Source: Gammaproteobacteria bacterium (GTDB lineage Bacteria; Pseudomonadota; Gammaproteobacteria; SZUA-229). Taken from it: 64,000 nucleotides of DNA. Below the pieces are notes generated by a model. The model saw nothing but the letters and a program-made list of their open reading frames with translations, made no database searches and was not told where the DNA came from. A program made the translations under genes and the position numbers. Location of the stretch: the NCBI GenBank assembly GCA_029882395.1, contig JAOUKT010000001.1:159-64158 (forward strand), in the 5' to 3' direction. Positions 1 through 10,530 of the stretch are shown here, piece after piece (positions within the stretch are counted from its first letter, which is position 1; every line of letters starts with the position of its first letter).

Positions 1-328
1 AGAAAATTTAATAAAGCATTATTAAAAATAATAATAACGAAGAGAAATAAAACCGAAGGCCGGGGCTTTCACAACCGATTATAATGTAAGAGAAAATTCG
101 AAAAAACTATCGCTCGACCGCTAATCTGAAACTATCGGGCCTGAAAATAAATCGCCTGACAAATTGCCGGCCCGCTGTTGAATGCTCACCAGTGCAAAGC
201 CGGCCATTAATAACGCATACCGGGGTGTTACGACAACAGCTCATCCATCGGCTGTTAGTTGCAGCTTTTGCCGGCACTGGCTTTGCCAGTTAACAATAAT
301 AATGAGCGCCTGTCTTAGAAAAGCGCTT

Positions 329-349
329 AGTGCTGAAGATCACAGCACT
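329..349 (-). terminator. Candidate hairpin downstream of phoU
   Basis: AGTGCTG-aagatca-CAGCACT inverted repeat just past the phoU stop, with a weak flanking U tract. Confidence 0.3.
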
Positions 350-358
350 GGCTTTCGA

Positions 359-1063
359 TTATTTGCCTAATGCTTCCTGTTGCATCTGCTCTATGGTGGT
401 ATGTCTTACGTCTCTGCCTTTGACCATATAGATAACGTATTCACAAATGTTTTTTGCATGATCACCGATACGCTCCAATGCGCGTGCAGACCACAGGGTG
501 TTTAATACTCGGCGCACATTCCGGGTATCTTCCATCATCAGGGTGATCATCTGCCGCACCGCGGCTTCGTATTCGGCATCAATTTTGGCATCTTCCGCGG
601 CACAATGCAGTGCTGCTTCAATATCGGTTCTGGCAAAGGCATCGAGAGAGTCGTGCAACATCTTACGAACGTGATCGCCTAAATGCTGTATTTCACGGTA
701 CTGATCTTTGGGTCTTTCCATATCCGCCAGCTCAATCGCCATGCGTGCAATTTTTTCAGCTTCATCACCAATACGTTCTATATCGGTAATGGTTTTTACA
801 ATCATCATGATCAGGCGTAAATCACTGGCTGTTGGCTGCCGGCGGGCAATGATTTGCATGCATTGTTCGTCAATCGAAACTTCCAGCGCATTAACTTTAA
901 AGTCTTCGTTGACAACACGTTCCCCCAGTTCAATATTGCCTTCAACCAGTGCGATTATTGCATTTTGCACATTGGTTTCAACCAGACCACCCATGGTCAT
1001 GACTTTATTCTTAACGTCTTCGAGTTCTTCGTTAAACTGTTGTGATATGTGTTTATTATCCAT
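359..1063 (-). CDS. phoU: Phosphate-specific transport system accessory protein PhoU
   Basis: 234 aa with a duplicated PhoU-domain signature (…DLRLIMMIVKTITDIERIGDEAEKIA… and …ERIGDHAKNICEYV…). It is the last gene of a pstSCAB-phoU arrangement. Confidence 0.9.
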   Translation of the reverse strand: MDNKHISQQFNEELEDVKNKVMTMGGLVETNVQNAIIALVEGNIELGERVVNEDFKVNALEVSIDEQCMQIIARRQPTASDLRLIMMIVKTITDIERIGDEAEKIARMAIELADMERPKDQYREIQHLGDHVRKMLHDSLDAFARTDIEAALHCAAEDAKIDAEYEAAVRQMITLMMEDTRNVRRVLNTLWSARALERIGDHAKNICEYVIYMVKGRDVRHTTIEQMQQEALGK

Positions 1064-1099
1064 TATTTTACCTTTTAAAATTTAGCCGTGATGCTTGTA

Positions 1100-1933
1100 T
1101 TAACCGTAGCGGCCAGTAATATAATCTTCGGTCTGTTTTTCAGTTGGATTTGTAAACAGGTTATCAGTGGCATCGAACTCGATCAAATCACCCATGTACA
1201 TAAAGGCGGTGTAATCTGATACGCGGGCAGCCTGCTGCATATTGTGTGTAACGATTACAATGGTATATTCTGATTTCAATTCGTAAATTAATTCTTCTAT
1301 CTTTAAGGTTGAGATCGGATCAAGCGCTGATGCCGGCTCATCCAGCAATAAAACCTCCGGTTTGATCGCAATCGCTCGCGCGATAACCAGACGCTGTTGC
1401 TGGCCGCCGGACAAACCCAGCGCACTGTCATGCAAACGATCTTTAACTTCGTTCCATAACGCGGCACCTTTTAATGATTTTTCAACCGCTTCATCGAGAA
1501 TGTGACGCTGTTTAATTCCCTGCAGGCGCAGACCATAAGCCACATTTTCGTAAATCGATTTGGGGAACGGATTAGGCCGCTGAAAAACCATACCGACCCG
1601 TCGACGTAAGGCAGAGACATCAACATCGGGGTGATAGACACTCTCGCCGTCGAGCTGAATATCGCCGTCAATCTTTACGTTATCAACCAGGTCGTTCATG
1701 CGATTAAAACAACGCAGCAATGTCGATTTACCGCAACCACTGGGGCCGATAAACGCCGTCACACGCTTTCGCGGTATCGGCAGATTGATGCCATGCAGGG
1801 CCTGTTTCTCACCATAAGATAATTTCAGGTCGTTAACATTGATACAAATATCTTCATTCTCCAGTTGCAGTGGTTGGCCACTGGCAGAAAGAATACTTTT
1901 ATCAATACCGTGTGTTAAAACTTCATTACTCAT
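1100..1933 (-). CDS. pstB: Phosphate ABC transporter ATP-binding protein PstB
   Basis: Walker [10 protein letters not shown], signature LSGGQQQR, Walker B LLLDEP, C-terminal [10 protein letters not shown], near-collinear with E. coli PstB. Start trimmed from the ORF-track start (2017) to the ATG at 1933 (MSNEV…) to match PstB length. Confidence 0.88.
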   Translation of the reverse strand: MSNEVLTHGIDKSILSASGQPLQLENEDICINVNDLKLSYGEKQALHGINLPIPRKRVTAFIGPSGCGKSTLLRCFNRMNDLVDNVKIDGDIQLDGESVYHPDVDVSALRRRVGMVFQRPNPFPKSIYENVAYGLRLQGIKQRHILDEAVEKSLKGAALWNEVKDRLHDSALGLSGGQQQRLVIARAIAIKPEVLLLDEPASALDPISTLKIEELIYELKSEYTIVIVTHNMQQAARVSDYTAFMYMGDLIEFDATDNLFTNPTEKQTEDYITGRYG

Positions 1934-1961
1934 TCGAGTCTGCTCCAGCCTTTCTGCTTTA

Positions 1962-3632
1962 TCAAGCATCGAGTGCTTTATATTTTTCGCGTAAACGATT
2001 ACGTAACATAATCGCACTTAAATTCAGTAAGACAATCACCAGCACCAGCAAAAACGCGGTTGCATAAACCAGCGGTCTGGCAGCTTCGACATTCGGGCTC
2101 TGAAAACCGACATCATAAATATGAAAACCCAGGTGCATGAATTTTCGTTCCATGTGTAAAAAAGGAAAGTTATCATCCAGTGGTAATTCGGGAGCCAGCT
2201 TGACCACGCCTACCAGCATCAGTGGCGCCACCTCACCGGCTGCACGTGCAACCGCTAAAATCAGCCCTGTCATAATCGCTGGACTCGACATCGGCAATAT
2301 CACACGCCATAAGGTCTCGGCTTTGGTTGCGCCAAGTGCCAGGCTGCCTTCGCGCAGGTTTTTAGGGATACGTGCCAGACCTTCTTCGGTTGAGACTATC
2401 ACCACGGGCACTGTTAACAAAGCCAGTGTTAAAGCTGCCCAGACTAAGCCGGGTGTGCCATAGGTAGGTGCAGGCAGTGCCTCCGGGTAAAACAGCTGAT
2501 CGATATTGCCACCCAAAAAATAGACAAAGAAGCCCAGACCAAAGACACCATAGACAATAGAAGGCACACCGGCGAGGTTATTAACTGCAATACGTATTAG
2601 CCGGATCAGCGGTCCTTGACGGGCATATTCTCGCAAATAAACCGCTGCAATCACACCAAAGGGAGTCACCAGAACAGACATCAGGATAACCATCATCACC
2701 GTGCCAAAAATGGCCGGGAAAACGCCACCCTCTGTATTGGCTTCGCGCGGGTCTTCAAAAATAAAGTGATAGAAATTTAAAACATAATGAGCCAGCTTTG
2801 TCATGACACCCATCTGGTTCGGTTTAAGGATCGATACCAGCATGTGCAAAGAAATGGTCACGTCTTTGCCATTAGCCATAATAAAACTGGCACTGTCACG
2901 TTTTATTTCTTCACGTAACAGGTTCAGTCGTTTAATCACGATCTCATAATCAGCCTTGAATGCGTTTTCCTGATCAGTAAGAAGCTGCAGGTTTTCCGGG
3001 CTGTCTTTTTTATCCAGTTCCAGCTTACGTTTTTTAAGGCGCAAGCGTTCAAGCCCATAATTAATCGAGCTGATTTCATCTTTTTCCAGCGTTTTCAGTT
3101 CTTCGTGCAGATCCTGCACACGCTCGAACCGCTGATTTAACTCATGCCATGCCTCATCACCTGCCGCAATAATTTCTCCCTGCTGCTGAACGTTTTTAAG
3201 GTAACCATAGAAATTACCCCATTCAAGACGCTCCAGCTTGATCAGCTGTTCCGGGGTTGTTTGTTGCTCAATATGGTGTGCAAAAATCCACTGGAAGTCG
3301 GCCGAGGCCTGGTCACGGTTACCACTTTTAATTAACACCCGCTTGATTACGACCGTGTCAGCCGGCGCTTTCATTGACTCCACTTCTTCATACAGTTTGA
3401 CTGTGATGTCGGCTGTCTCGACACGTTCACCGATAATTGTTCTGGGCGGATTTTTAGTATCATTATAGTGCATTTCATACACATCAGAGACCCAGAAATG
3501 GCCCATGCCCTTAACCATGATCATGCCAAGAATACCGATAACAAGCAGCAGACTGATACTGACTGCACCGGCATTTAACCAGATCCACGGTGTACCGCTT
3601 TTCCACCAGTTTTTCATTTCATCAATCATCAT
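1962..3632 (-). CDS. pstA: Phosphate ABC transporter permease PstA, long form with extra N-terminal domain
   Basis: 556 aa. The C-terminal half is a typical PstA permease core with an EAA-like loop; the N-terminal ~250 aa extension resembles Pseudomonas-type long PstA. Sits between pstC and pstB. Confidence 0.88.
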   Translation of the reverse strand: MMIDEMKNWWKSGTPWIWLNAGAVSISLLLVIGILGMIMVKGMGHFWVSDVYEMHYNDTKNPPRTIIGERVETADITVKLYEEVESMKAPADTVVIKRVLIKSGNRDQASADFQWIFAHHIEQQTTPEQLIKLERLEWGNFYGYLKNVQQQGEIIAAGDEAWHELNQRFERVQDLHEELKTLEKDEISSINYGLERLRLKKRKLELDKKDSPENLQLLTDQENAFKADYEIVIKRLNLLREEIKRDSASFIMANGKDVTISLHMLVSILKPNQMGVMTKLAHYVLNFYHFIFEDPREANTEGGVFPAIFGTVMMVILMSVLVTPFGVIAAVYLREYARQGPLIRLIRIAVNNLAGVPSIVYGVFGLGFFVYFLGGNIDQLFYPEALPAPTYGTPGLVWAALTLALLTVPVVIVSTEEGLARIPKNLREGSLALGATKAETLWRVILPMSSPAIMTGLILAVARAAGEVAPLMLVGVVKLAPELPLDDNFPFLHMERKFMHLGFHIYDVGFQSPNVEAARPLVYATAFLLVLVIVLLNLSAIMLRNRLREKYKALDA

Positions 3633-3641
3633 AGAACCCGA

Positions 3642-5867
3642 TTACAAGCTACCGTATTGTTTACGTAAACGCTGACGCACAATCTCAGCCGCCGTGTTGA
3701 AAAAGAAAGTCACTACAAATAAAACAAAGGCCGCGAGGAATAAAATACGATAGTGTGAACTGTCTATTTCAGATTCCGGTAACTCCACTGCCACATTCGC
3801 CGACAAGGTACGCATACCTTCAAAGATACTAAAGTCGATCACGGCTGTATTGCCGGTTGCCATTAATACAATCATGGTTTCACCAACGGCACGCCCGAGC
3901 CCAATCATTACCGCTGAAAAAATACCCGGACTCGCGGTCAACAATACCACTCGTGTTAATGTCTGCCAGGGTGTTGCACCCAAAGCAAGCGAGCCTTGCG
4001 TTAAATATTTTGGCACACTAAAGATGGCGTCTTCTGTAATTGAAAAGATCGTAGGGATAACAGCCAGCCCCATCGCAATACCCACAACCAGTGAGTTACG
4101 CTGGTCATAGCCAACACCAAATTCGCTTTCCATCCAGACTCTTAAGCTGCCATTAAAGAATATACCTTCGATTAGCGGGCCGGCCCCAATAGCCAGCCAG
4201 ACCAGAGCTGCGATCACCGGCATTAAAATCGCTGCATGCAAGCCAGGCGGAATCAGGTGATGAAATGTTCTCGGTAATTTTTGCCAGACAACGGCAAATA
4301 ATAAAATACCCGGCGGCACAATTAATAAGATGCTGATGATGCCGGTGAGGTTATTTTCAACCACAGGCGCCAGCCACAGGCCTGCCAGAAAACCTAGAAT
4401 AACCGTCGGCAATGCTTCCATGATTTCTATGCCCGGCTTGACCCAGCTGCGCATTCCAGACGACATGAAATAAGCCGTATAGATTGCACCCATAATCGCC
4501 AGCGGGGTTGCAAACAGCATGGCGTAAAAAGCCGCTTTTAAAGTTCCGAAAGCCAGCGGCACTAAACTGAATTTAGGTTCAAAATCATTATCGGCTGAAG
4601 AAGACTGCCAGATATAATCCGGCTCACTGTAACCTTCATAGGTGACTTCATTCCACAGCGCAGACCATGATAATTCCGGGTGTTCATTAGAAATGCGTGT
4701 GACAACAATCTGTTGCCGCTCATCTTCATGCAATAACAGATTGGCCCGCGTAGAGAGCGAAAAATGTGTGATAGCCAGATCTGACAAGTGCTGTTTTGCC
4801 AGTAAGTTATCTGCCGTTGTGTGATAGATTAGCAGGTTGCCTTTTTCATCCAGCGCCAGCACACCTTTGCGCCGGTGTTCGGACTGAACCCTTAGCAGCT
4901 TGTTATCGTTTTCAAAGCCGCGAACCCGCTTCAGTGAATAATTATTCGAGGCATCACGCTGCAATGACCACTGACTAAAACCGCCATGCTGATCTGCCGC
5001 TAATAATGACATGCCGCCTAATAATATTTTTAATTCAGCAAGCTTTTCATTTGGTGGCAGTATATTTGTCTGGCTGACCAGTGACACATCATCAGAATCC
5101 GAGATATCAAAAACACTGACCTCACCTTGCTGGTTTGACAGGTATAACCATAAACCCTGGGCATCCAGCAACATGTAATCGGCCCGGTTCTGCTGATCTA
5201 TTTTTACTTCGGCGACCGCTTCATCAAAGGCATCGCCCTCTTCTATTTCATAGCGATAGAGTTTAACGTCTCCGTCTTGTTGCACCAGGCTCAGTGTTAA
5301 CTGGGCCTCATCACGGCTTATGGAGACCTGGCTGAATTCAGATTCAAAAGAAATAAACGAATCTTCATAAGGGTATTCAATATCAGGTGTCAATACTCGC
5401 AGGTTGTTGACAAAACTGACCCGGTAGGAAAGTTTTATAAAAAACAGTTTATTTTTATCAAGTTCAAGCGCCAGTATGTTTTCAGTCATACCAACAAGCT
5501 GCGCACCTGTGATTTTTGTATTCTCTGGCAATGCCAGCTCAAGCACTTCGCTGACATCACCTTTTTTAATATCAAAAAACACAGCCTGCGCCTGATCTGT
5601 TATGCGCAAACCCAGCGTGCCGCTTTCTTCTGGCAATAATAAGACCGTGTTACCTGATTCGATTGACGGCACCTGATAGTGCTGTTCGGTCTGGATGGCA
5701 ACCGAGCTGAACATGGGCAGCACAACCCAGAGCAGATAAAAGAAAATAAGAACGATAGCCAGGATAACACTCAGCCCGCCAAGGCCGATACCGTAACGGG
5801 CGATGTTATCGATGACTAATCGACGCTGCTGGTGCCAGGCACTGGATTTTTGGAGTTTAGATGACAT
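3642..5867 (-). CDS. pstC: Phosphate ABC transporter permease PstC, long form with large periplasmic insertion
   Basis: 741 aa. TM1 is followed by ~400 aa of hydrophilic sequence, then a canonical PstC permease core (…GLGRAVGETMIVLMATGNT…). Position is between pstS and pstA. Confidence 0.88.
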   Translation of the reverse strand: MSSKLQKSSAWHQQRRLVIDNIARYGIGLGGLSVILAIVLIFFYLLWVVLPMFSSVAIQTEQHYQVPSIESGNTVLLLPEESGTLGLRITDQAQAVFFDIKKGDVSEVLELALPENTKITGAQLVGMTENILALELDKNKLFFIKLSYRVSFVNNLRVLTPDIEYPYEDSFISFESEFSQVSISRDEAQLTLSLVQQDGDVKLYRYEIEEGDAFDEAVAEVKIDQQNRADYMLLDAQGLWLYLSNQQGEVSVFDISDSDDVSLVSQTNILPPNEKLAELKILLGGMSLLAADQHGGFSQWSLQRDASNNYSLKRVRGFENDNKLLRVQSEHRRKGVLALDEKGNLLIYHTTADNLLAKQHLSDLAITHFSLSTRANLLLHEDERQQIVVTRISNEHPELSWSALWNEVTYEGYSEPDYIWQSSSADNDFEPKFSLVPLAFGTLKAAFYAMLFATPLAIMGAIYTAYFMSSGMRSWVKPGIEIMEALPTVILGFLAGLWLAPVVENNLTGIISILLIVPPGILLFAVVWQKLPRTFHHLIPPGLHAAILMPVIAALVWLAIGAGPLIEGIFFNGSLRVWMESEFGVGYDQRNSLVVGIAMGLAVIPTIFSITEDAIFSVPKYLTQGSLALGATPWQTLTRVVLLTASPGIFSAVMIGLGRAVGETMIVLMATGNTAVIDFSIFEGMRTLSANVAVELPESEIDSSHYRILFLAAFVLFVVTFFFNTAAEIVRQRLRKQYGSL

Positions 5868-5890
5868 GTTTTCTATTTTATTTCAGTTAT

Positions 5891-5908
5891 ATGACATTAT
5901 TATGACAG
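5891..5908 (-). promoter_or_regulatory. Pho-box-like repeat upstream of pstC (internal promoter candidate)
   Basis: The minus strand reads CTGTCAT-AATA-ATGTCAT, between the pstS terminator hairpin and the pstC start. Confidence 0.4.
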
Positions 5909-5919
5909 CGCTATAAAAA

Positions 5920-5949
5920 AGGCCGCTGATGCATACATCCAGGCGGCCT
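5920..5949 (-). terminator. Intra-operon rho-independent terminator/attenuator after pstS
   Basis: AGGCCGC…(16-nt loop)…GCGGCCT stem, followed on the minus strand by a T run (the plus strand shows AAAAAA before the stem). It sits in the 130-bp pstS-pstC spacer, analogous to the partial terminator after E. coli pstS. Confidence 0.5.
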
Positions 5950-5997
5950 TTTTTTGATGACAAAGCTGTCATGCTCCAGCGATTGAGTCGAACAGTG

Positions 5998-6981
5998 TTA
6001 ATCGAGCTTACTTAACTCTTTCGCAATGGCTTTAGCCGGTAAGGGAATATAACCGTCTTTGATCACAATTTGCTGGCCCATTTTTGATAATACCAGTTTA
6101 ATGAACTCTTTTTCCAGTGGTGGTAACGGTTTCTGCGGGTGCTTATTCACATAGACATATAAAAAGCGCGATAACGGGTAGGTTTTATTGATCGCGTTCT
6201 CAGGTGTCGCTGCCACAAATGGCTTGCCTGCTTTTTTCGCTAACGGTATGGCCCGCACACCCGATGTTTTATAACCGATGCCCGAATAACCAATACCGTT
6301 AATAGAAGATGACACAGATTGCACCACAGACGCTGATCCTGGTTGCTCATTCACATTCTTTTTAAAGTCACCCTTACACAGGCCTTTCTTTTTGAAATAA
6401 CCATAGGTACCGGAAACCGAATTACGCCCATAAAGCTGAACTGTACGCGCATTCCAGGAACCTGATAAACCCAGCTCACCCCATTTTTCAATATCAGCTT
6501 TACCACCACACTTACGAGTTGAAGAAAAAACAGCATCAACATCGGCAATCGTCATGCCTTTTATCGGGTTATCTTTATTGACGTAAACCGCCAGCGCGTC
6601 AATCGCTACACGAATAGCAACCGGCTTATAGCCGTGTTTCTTTTCAAAAGATTCTTTTTCTTTGCTTTTCATCTTTCGGCTCATGGGACCCAAATTAGAA
6701 ATGCCATTCGATAACGCCGGTGGCGCGGTCGATGAACCTGCCGCCTGAATCTGTATATTGACACTGGGATACTGGCGTTTAAATTCTTCTGCCCAGAATG
6801 TCATCAGGTTAGCCAGTGTATCCGAACCAACGCTTGATAAATTACCTGAAACTCCGCTGACTGCCTTATAGTCAGCAATAGCCGCGTCTACTTTAACGCC
6901 TGCCTGAGCGCTAGCTGTTGCTGCCGCCATGGCAATCATCGGACCTGTTATTAAAGCTATAACGCCGTGTGTAAATTTCAT
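5998..6981 (-). CDS. pstS: Phosphate-binding periplasmic protein PstS
   Basis: 327 aa with a signal peptide ([25 protein letters not shown]) and a PBP-like fold. It is the first gene of the pst operon, with Pho boxes upstream. Confidence 0.88.
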   Translation of the reverse strand: MKFTHGVIALITGPMIAMAAATASAQAGVKVDAAIADYKAVSGVSGNLSSVGSDTLANLMTFWAEEFKRQYPSVNIQIQAAGSSTAPPALSNGISNLGPMSRKMKSKEKESFEKKHGYKPVAIRVAIDALAVYVNKDNPIKGMTIADVDAVFSSTRKCGGKADIEKWGELGLSGSWNARTVQLYGRNSVSGTYGYFKKKGLCKGDFKKNVNEQPGSASVVQSVSSSINGIGYSGIGYKTSGVRAIPLAKKAGKPFVAATPENAINKTYPLSRFLYVYVNKHPQKPLPPLEKEFIKLVLSKMGQQIVIKDGYIPLPAKAIAKELSKLD

Positions 6982-7011
6982 ACTGTTTTCCTCTTATTAA
7001 ATGATGCCACT

Positions 7012-7066
7012 AGTATCTGTAATCAATATGACGGTTTGATTACAGTACGATTAAACTTTAGTGACA
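7012..7066 (-). promoter_or_regulatory. Tandem Pho boxes in the pstS promoter
   Basis: The minus strand reads CTGTCAC-TAAA-GTTTAAT-CGTA-CTGTAAT-CAAA-CCGTCAT-ATTG-ATTACAG, a chain of 7+4 units at 11-bp periodicity upstream of the pstS start at 6981. Confidence 0.6.
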
Positions 7067-7067
7067 G

Positions 7068-8369
7068 TTATTTTTTTGATTCAGAATGAAGCCGGGACAA
7101 GGGAAACTGACAGCTGAAAGTACTGCCTTTTCCCGGCTCACTGTGTACTGACAATACGGCATCGTGGCGCCGGCATATCTGATTCACAATAGCCAGACCC
7201 AGCCCGGTACCACCGACTTCACGCGAACGCCCGGCATCAACCCGGTAAAAACGTTCTGTGAGTCGCGTTAAATGCTCCGGCGCAATACCCAGACCCTGGT
7301 CAGACACGCTGATGGTGTAGCCCTTGTTATCCAGACAGCTGTTGATCTGAATCTCACCGCCATCCGGTGAATAGCGAATCGCATTACTGATCAGGTTACT
7401 GATCGCGCTGTAGATTTCAGACTCAATGGCTTTTATGCTCACCTTTGGACCAGTGTTCAGCACAATCGAATGTTTTCCCTGGCTGAGCTGCTCAGCATCT
7501 TTTTTCAGCATTGCTAATAATACCGCTATATCGAGTTCGGGTGATGTGGTCAGTTCGCTCGACACATCCAGATCAAGCCGTGATAATAACAGCAGGTCTG
7601 CGACAATCTGGTTCATACGATGGGCAGGCGCATGAAGTTTTTGCATCTGTTGTTTTATTTCATCAACGCTTAAATCATGCACTTCCTGTAAAGACTCCAG
7701 ATAGCCTAAAATCACCGTCAGCGGTGTTCTTAACTCATGCGATACATTCGCTACAAATTCCTGGCGCATAACTTTAAGTCGCTGCACCTGAGAAATATTT
7801 CGAATCAGCAGCAGTTGCTGGCCGACGCCGTAAGGCATGAGTCGCAGATCAAGAGACTGCTTTTCATCCACTGGCGATTTCATTTCAAATGACTCGCCCT
7901 GGGCCGAGCGTTTTAGAAAATGTATGAAAGCAGGCAGTCGAATCAGGTTGCCGACATTCTGGCCGATATCATCACTCGAAAGGTGCAAAATATTGGTCGC
8001 CGCGGGATTAAGCCAGAGGATATTATTTTCTTTATCTAGCACAATTGCCGCATCCGGCATCATGCTGACTGAATCCTGGAACCGCCTGAGCATTTTACTG
8101 AGACTTTTTTTACGGCTGCGACTGCGTTTACGTTTACGATAAATTCTGTAAACCAGTTCTTCCCACAGACCACTCACCTCAAGATCCGTATCCAGACTAC
8201 TTCCCAGCCACTGATAGACTTTGCTAAATTGCCGGTACTGATGAACGATAAACAAAATCAGGGCAATAAATAAACAAACCGTGAGCGCATCAAATACCCA
8301 GCCAAACAGCAAAGCCGGTAGAATAAAACGTAAAAGCCGCCAGCTTTCATGAATCCAGATGTTTCTCAT
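7068..8369 (-). CDS. phoR: Phosphate regulon sensor histidine kinase PhoR
   Basis: 433 aa. N-terminal TM hairpin, PAS-like region, H-box (VANVSHELRTPLT) and HATPase N/G boxes (GGTGLGLAIV). Lies 5 bp downstream of phoB. Confidence 0.9.
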   Translation of the reverse strand: MRNIWIHESWRLLRFILPALLFGWVFDALTVCLFIALILFIVHQYRQFSKVYQWLGSSLDTDLEVSGLWEELVYRIYRKRKRSRSRKKSLSKMLRRFQDSVSMMPDAAIVLDKENNILWLNPAATNILHLSSDDIGQNVGNLIRLPAFIHFLKRSAQGESFEMKSPVDEKQSLDLRLMPYGVGQQLLLIRNISQVQRLKVMRQEFVANVSHELRTPLTVILGYLESLQEVHDLSVDEIKQQMQKLHAPAHRMNQIVADLLLLSRLDLDVSSELTTSPELDIAVLLAMLKKDAEQLSQGKHSIVLNTGPKVSIKAIESEIYSAISNLISNAIRYSPDGGEIQINSCLDNKGYTISVSDQGLGIAPEHLTRLTERFYRVDAGRSREVGGTGLGLAIVNQICRRHDAVLSVHSEPGKGSTFSCQFPLSRLHSESKK

Positions 8370-8374
8370 AGGCC

Positions 8375-9085
8375 TTAAGTTTTTTCCTGTGATGGAATAT
8401 CTTCAGGCATAAAACGGTAACCGGCACCGCGTACAGTCTGCACCCAGTTATCACAGCCGTGGGGGCTTAACAGTTTACGTAAACGTAAAATATGCACATC
8501 TACCGTGCGTTCTTCAACGTACACATTTCTGCCCCAGACCCGGTCGAGTAACTGCTCACGTGAATAAACACGGTTTGATTTTTTCATAAAAAATTCGAGC
8601 AAACGATATTCTGTCGGCCCTATTTCCACATTTTGGCCATTAATACAGAGCTGATGCTGACCGAGATCCAGTGAGATGATGCCGGCGACTAATTGCTCAC
8701 TATCTTCAGAACCCGAACGTCGTAGCAAGGCTTTAATGCGTGCCAGCAGTTCTTTCGGCGAAAACGGCTTGCTCAGAAAATCATCAACACCGCTGTCAAA
8801 ACCTTTTAATTTATCGGCTTCTTCACCGCGTGCTGTAAGCATAATAGCCGGCAGGTTTGCGGTTAATTCATCTTTTCGCAAACGCCGGATCAGCTCAACA
8901 CCTGAAATGCCCGGCAGCATCCAGTCGACCAGTAATAAATCGGGCAAGCGCCCCTGAAGCTTCTCCAGCGCTATTTCTGCCGATTCGGCTTCAATCACCT
9001 GATAGTCAGCACGCTGCAATGAAAACCGCAGCATATCCCGAATTTCGGCCTCATCCTCTATCACTAGAATGCTCGCCTTACTCAT
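8375..9085 (-). CDS. phoB: Phosphate regulon response regulator PhoB
   Basis: Receiver domain (ILVIEDEAEIRDM…LLLVDWMLPGISG) plus an OmpR/PhoB winged helix (…RTVDVHILRLRKLL…GYRF). The ATG at ~9085 (MSKASILVIEDE) is chosen over the TTG at 9106 because the Pho box at 9130-9158 is then at a sensible promoter distance. Confidence 0.88.
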   Translation of the reverse strand: MSKASILVIEDEAEIRDMLRFSLQRADYQVIEAESAEIALEKLQGRLPDLLLVDWMLPGISGVELIRRLRKDELTANLPAIMLTARGEEADKLKGFDSGVDDFLSKPFSPKELLARIKALLRRSGSEDSEQLVAGIISLDLGQHQLCINGQNVEIGPTEYRLLEFFMKKSNRVYSREQLLDRVWGRNVYVEERTVDVHILRLRKLLSPHGCDNWVQTVRGAGYRFMPEDIPSQEKT

Positions 9086-9129
9086 ATTGTCGTCCCATTG
9101 CATCAATCTGCGTATTAAACCCCTTTAAT

Positions 9130-9158
9130 ATGACAGTAATATGACAGTAAGGTGACAA
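9130..9158 (-). promoter_or_regulatory. Pho box (PhoB binding site) in the phoB promoter
   Basis: The minus strand reads TTGTCAC-CTTA-CTGTCAT-ATTA-CTGTCAT. These are 7-bp CTGTCAT direct repeats with 4-bp AT-rich spacers at 11-bp periodicity, matching the E. coli Pho-box consensus. It lies ~45 bp upstream of the phoB ATG. Confidence 0.7.
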
Positions 9159-9167
9159 TTTATATAA

Positions 9168-10511
9168 TTATCGGCTGATGAAACGCCAGCCTGGCTGGTT
9201 CTGGGTATTTTTAAAGGCATCGGCTACCCAGTAGTCTGCAACAGCAATCAGTTGATGATCTAAATATAACAGCGGTATTCTGTCGCGTTGCCAGGGTGGT
9301 ATCGAGGCTTGCTGCATTAACTTTTTCAGTTCCATGGTATGTGCCCGGCCCACGGGTCTGATACGCTCACCTCCTTGGCGAAACCGAATCATCAGTGGCT
9401 GAGCGATCACATCGGCAGATAATCCGCTATCCGCAGCTTCAAGCATGACGTTTGCATTGAGCCCGGGTAACCGCAGCGGCTGTTTCTGGTGCCATGCAAT
9501 CGGCTGCTCTGTCGCGACAGACTGCAACCTCTTCATTGCATAGAGCTGCCCCTGAAAACGCCTGACTTCGGTATCGCCCCATTCCACGACCGGCATTTTA
9601 TCAGCGGCGGCCGTCAGCATTGAGCCCAGGATTTCTTTCAGGCGTTTTGCAGTCGGCGCATCCAGCCCGCATTGCTGCAACCAGTAACGAATCAGATTTC
9701 GTTGCCGCGACTTGCTTAATTTTATCAGCTGATTGATTGACAGCCTGTCGCCATCAACTGACGTTGCTGCGTCAATCGCCGCCAGATCATTCATCAGCTC
9801 GGCAGCTTCGCTTTGTAACGCACTGACATTCGACAGGGTCTGGTTAATCGAGGGCCAGCGCTGCGTTAATAAAGGCAAGATAGACTGGCGAAAGAAATTG
9901 CGGTCATAACGCTGATCCTTATTCGAAGGATCTTCAACCCATTGCAGCTGATGTTTGTGTGCATAGGCTTCAAGTTCAGTGCGTTTAACGCCCAATAACG
10001 GCCTCAGGTGCCAGCCACAAGCAAACGGTTTTGCCTCCGGCATCGCCGCCAGCCCGGCTGGACCGGCTGTTCTTAACATTTGCAATAACAATGTTTCTGC
10101 CTGATCTTGTAAATGCTGGGCGGTTAAGAGTATCTCGCCAGGCGCCATTAAATCAGCTAATGCCTGATAGCGGGCCGTTCTGGCCGAAGCTTCCGGACTT
10201 TCGCCGCTTGCGGCCTGAGCATTGACACTGATAGAGACAAATTCGATAGCTAACTGCTGACAGGTAGCGGCGCAGTGTTCTGACCATGTTTTCGACGCGG
10301 CTTGTAAGCCATGCTCTATATAAACAGCCCTGCAACTGATCTTGCAGGCATGAAGCAGGTGTAACAGTACATGGGAATCCAGTCCGCCACTATAGGCGAC
10401 AATAAAGCGCGGTGATGCAGGCTGATTATCGTAAACCGGAAATGAAACCGGGTTAGTTGACTGTTCAACTAACCCGGTGAGATGTGTTTTGAAACGCTGA
10501 GTATCAAGCAT
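9168..10511 (-). CDS. tilS: tRNA(Ile)-lysidine synthetase TilS
   Basis: PP-loop motif SGGLDSHVLLHLL and TilS C-terminal domain. Start placed at MLDTQRF (10511), which leaves a 19-bp gap to the accA stop. The ORF-track start at 10556 would overlap accA. Confidence 0.85.
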   Translation of the reverse strand: MLDTQRFKTHLTGLVEQSTNPVSFPVYDNQPASPRFIVAYSGGLDSHVLLHLLHACKISCRAVYIEHGLQAASKTWSEHCAATCQQLAIEFVSISVNAQAASGESPEASARTARYQALADLMAPGEILLTAQHLQDQAETLLLQMLRTAGPAGLAAMPEAKPFACGWHLRPLLGVKRTELEAYAHKHQLQWVEDPSNKDQRYDRNFFRQSILPLLTQRWPSINQTLSNVSALQSEAAELMNDLAAIDAATSVDGDRLSINQLIKLSKSRQRNLIRYWLQQCGLDAPTAKRLKEILGSMLTAAADKMPVVEWGDTEVRRFQGQLYAMKRLQSVATEQPIAWHQKQPLRLPGLNANVMLEAADSGLSADVIAQPLMIRFRQGGERIRPVGRAHTMELKKLMQQASIPPWQRDRIPLLYLDHQLIAVADYWVADAFKNTQNQPGWRFISR

Positions 10512-10530
10512 GATCTTGATATCGACGGCA

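Noticed and set aside
708-1085. Several 100-160-aa ORFs on the opposite strand or in alternative frames inside confident genes (for example 708-1085, 2137-2463, 28295-28774, 29234-29590, 30303-30716, 30979-31362, 48691-49041, 24276-24635).
   Set aside because: All lie fully inside well-supported genes (phoU, pstA, the DUF2232 gene, rpsR/rpsF, the CheW-LysM gene, the site-2 protease gene, the PQQ propeller gene). They have low-complexity or codon-mirror composition and no motifs, so they look like six-frame artefacts.
7837-8142. Antisense ORF ending in an RLRLRLRLR repeat inside phoR.
   Set aside because: It mirrors the basic RKRKRSRSRKK linker of PhoR encoded on the other strand, so it is not an independent gene.
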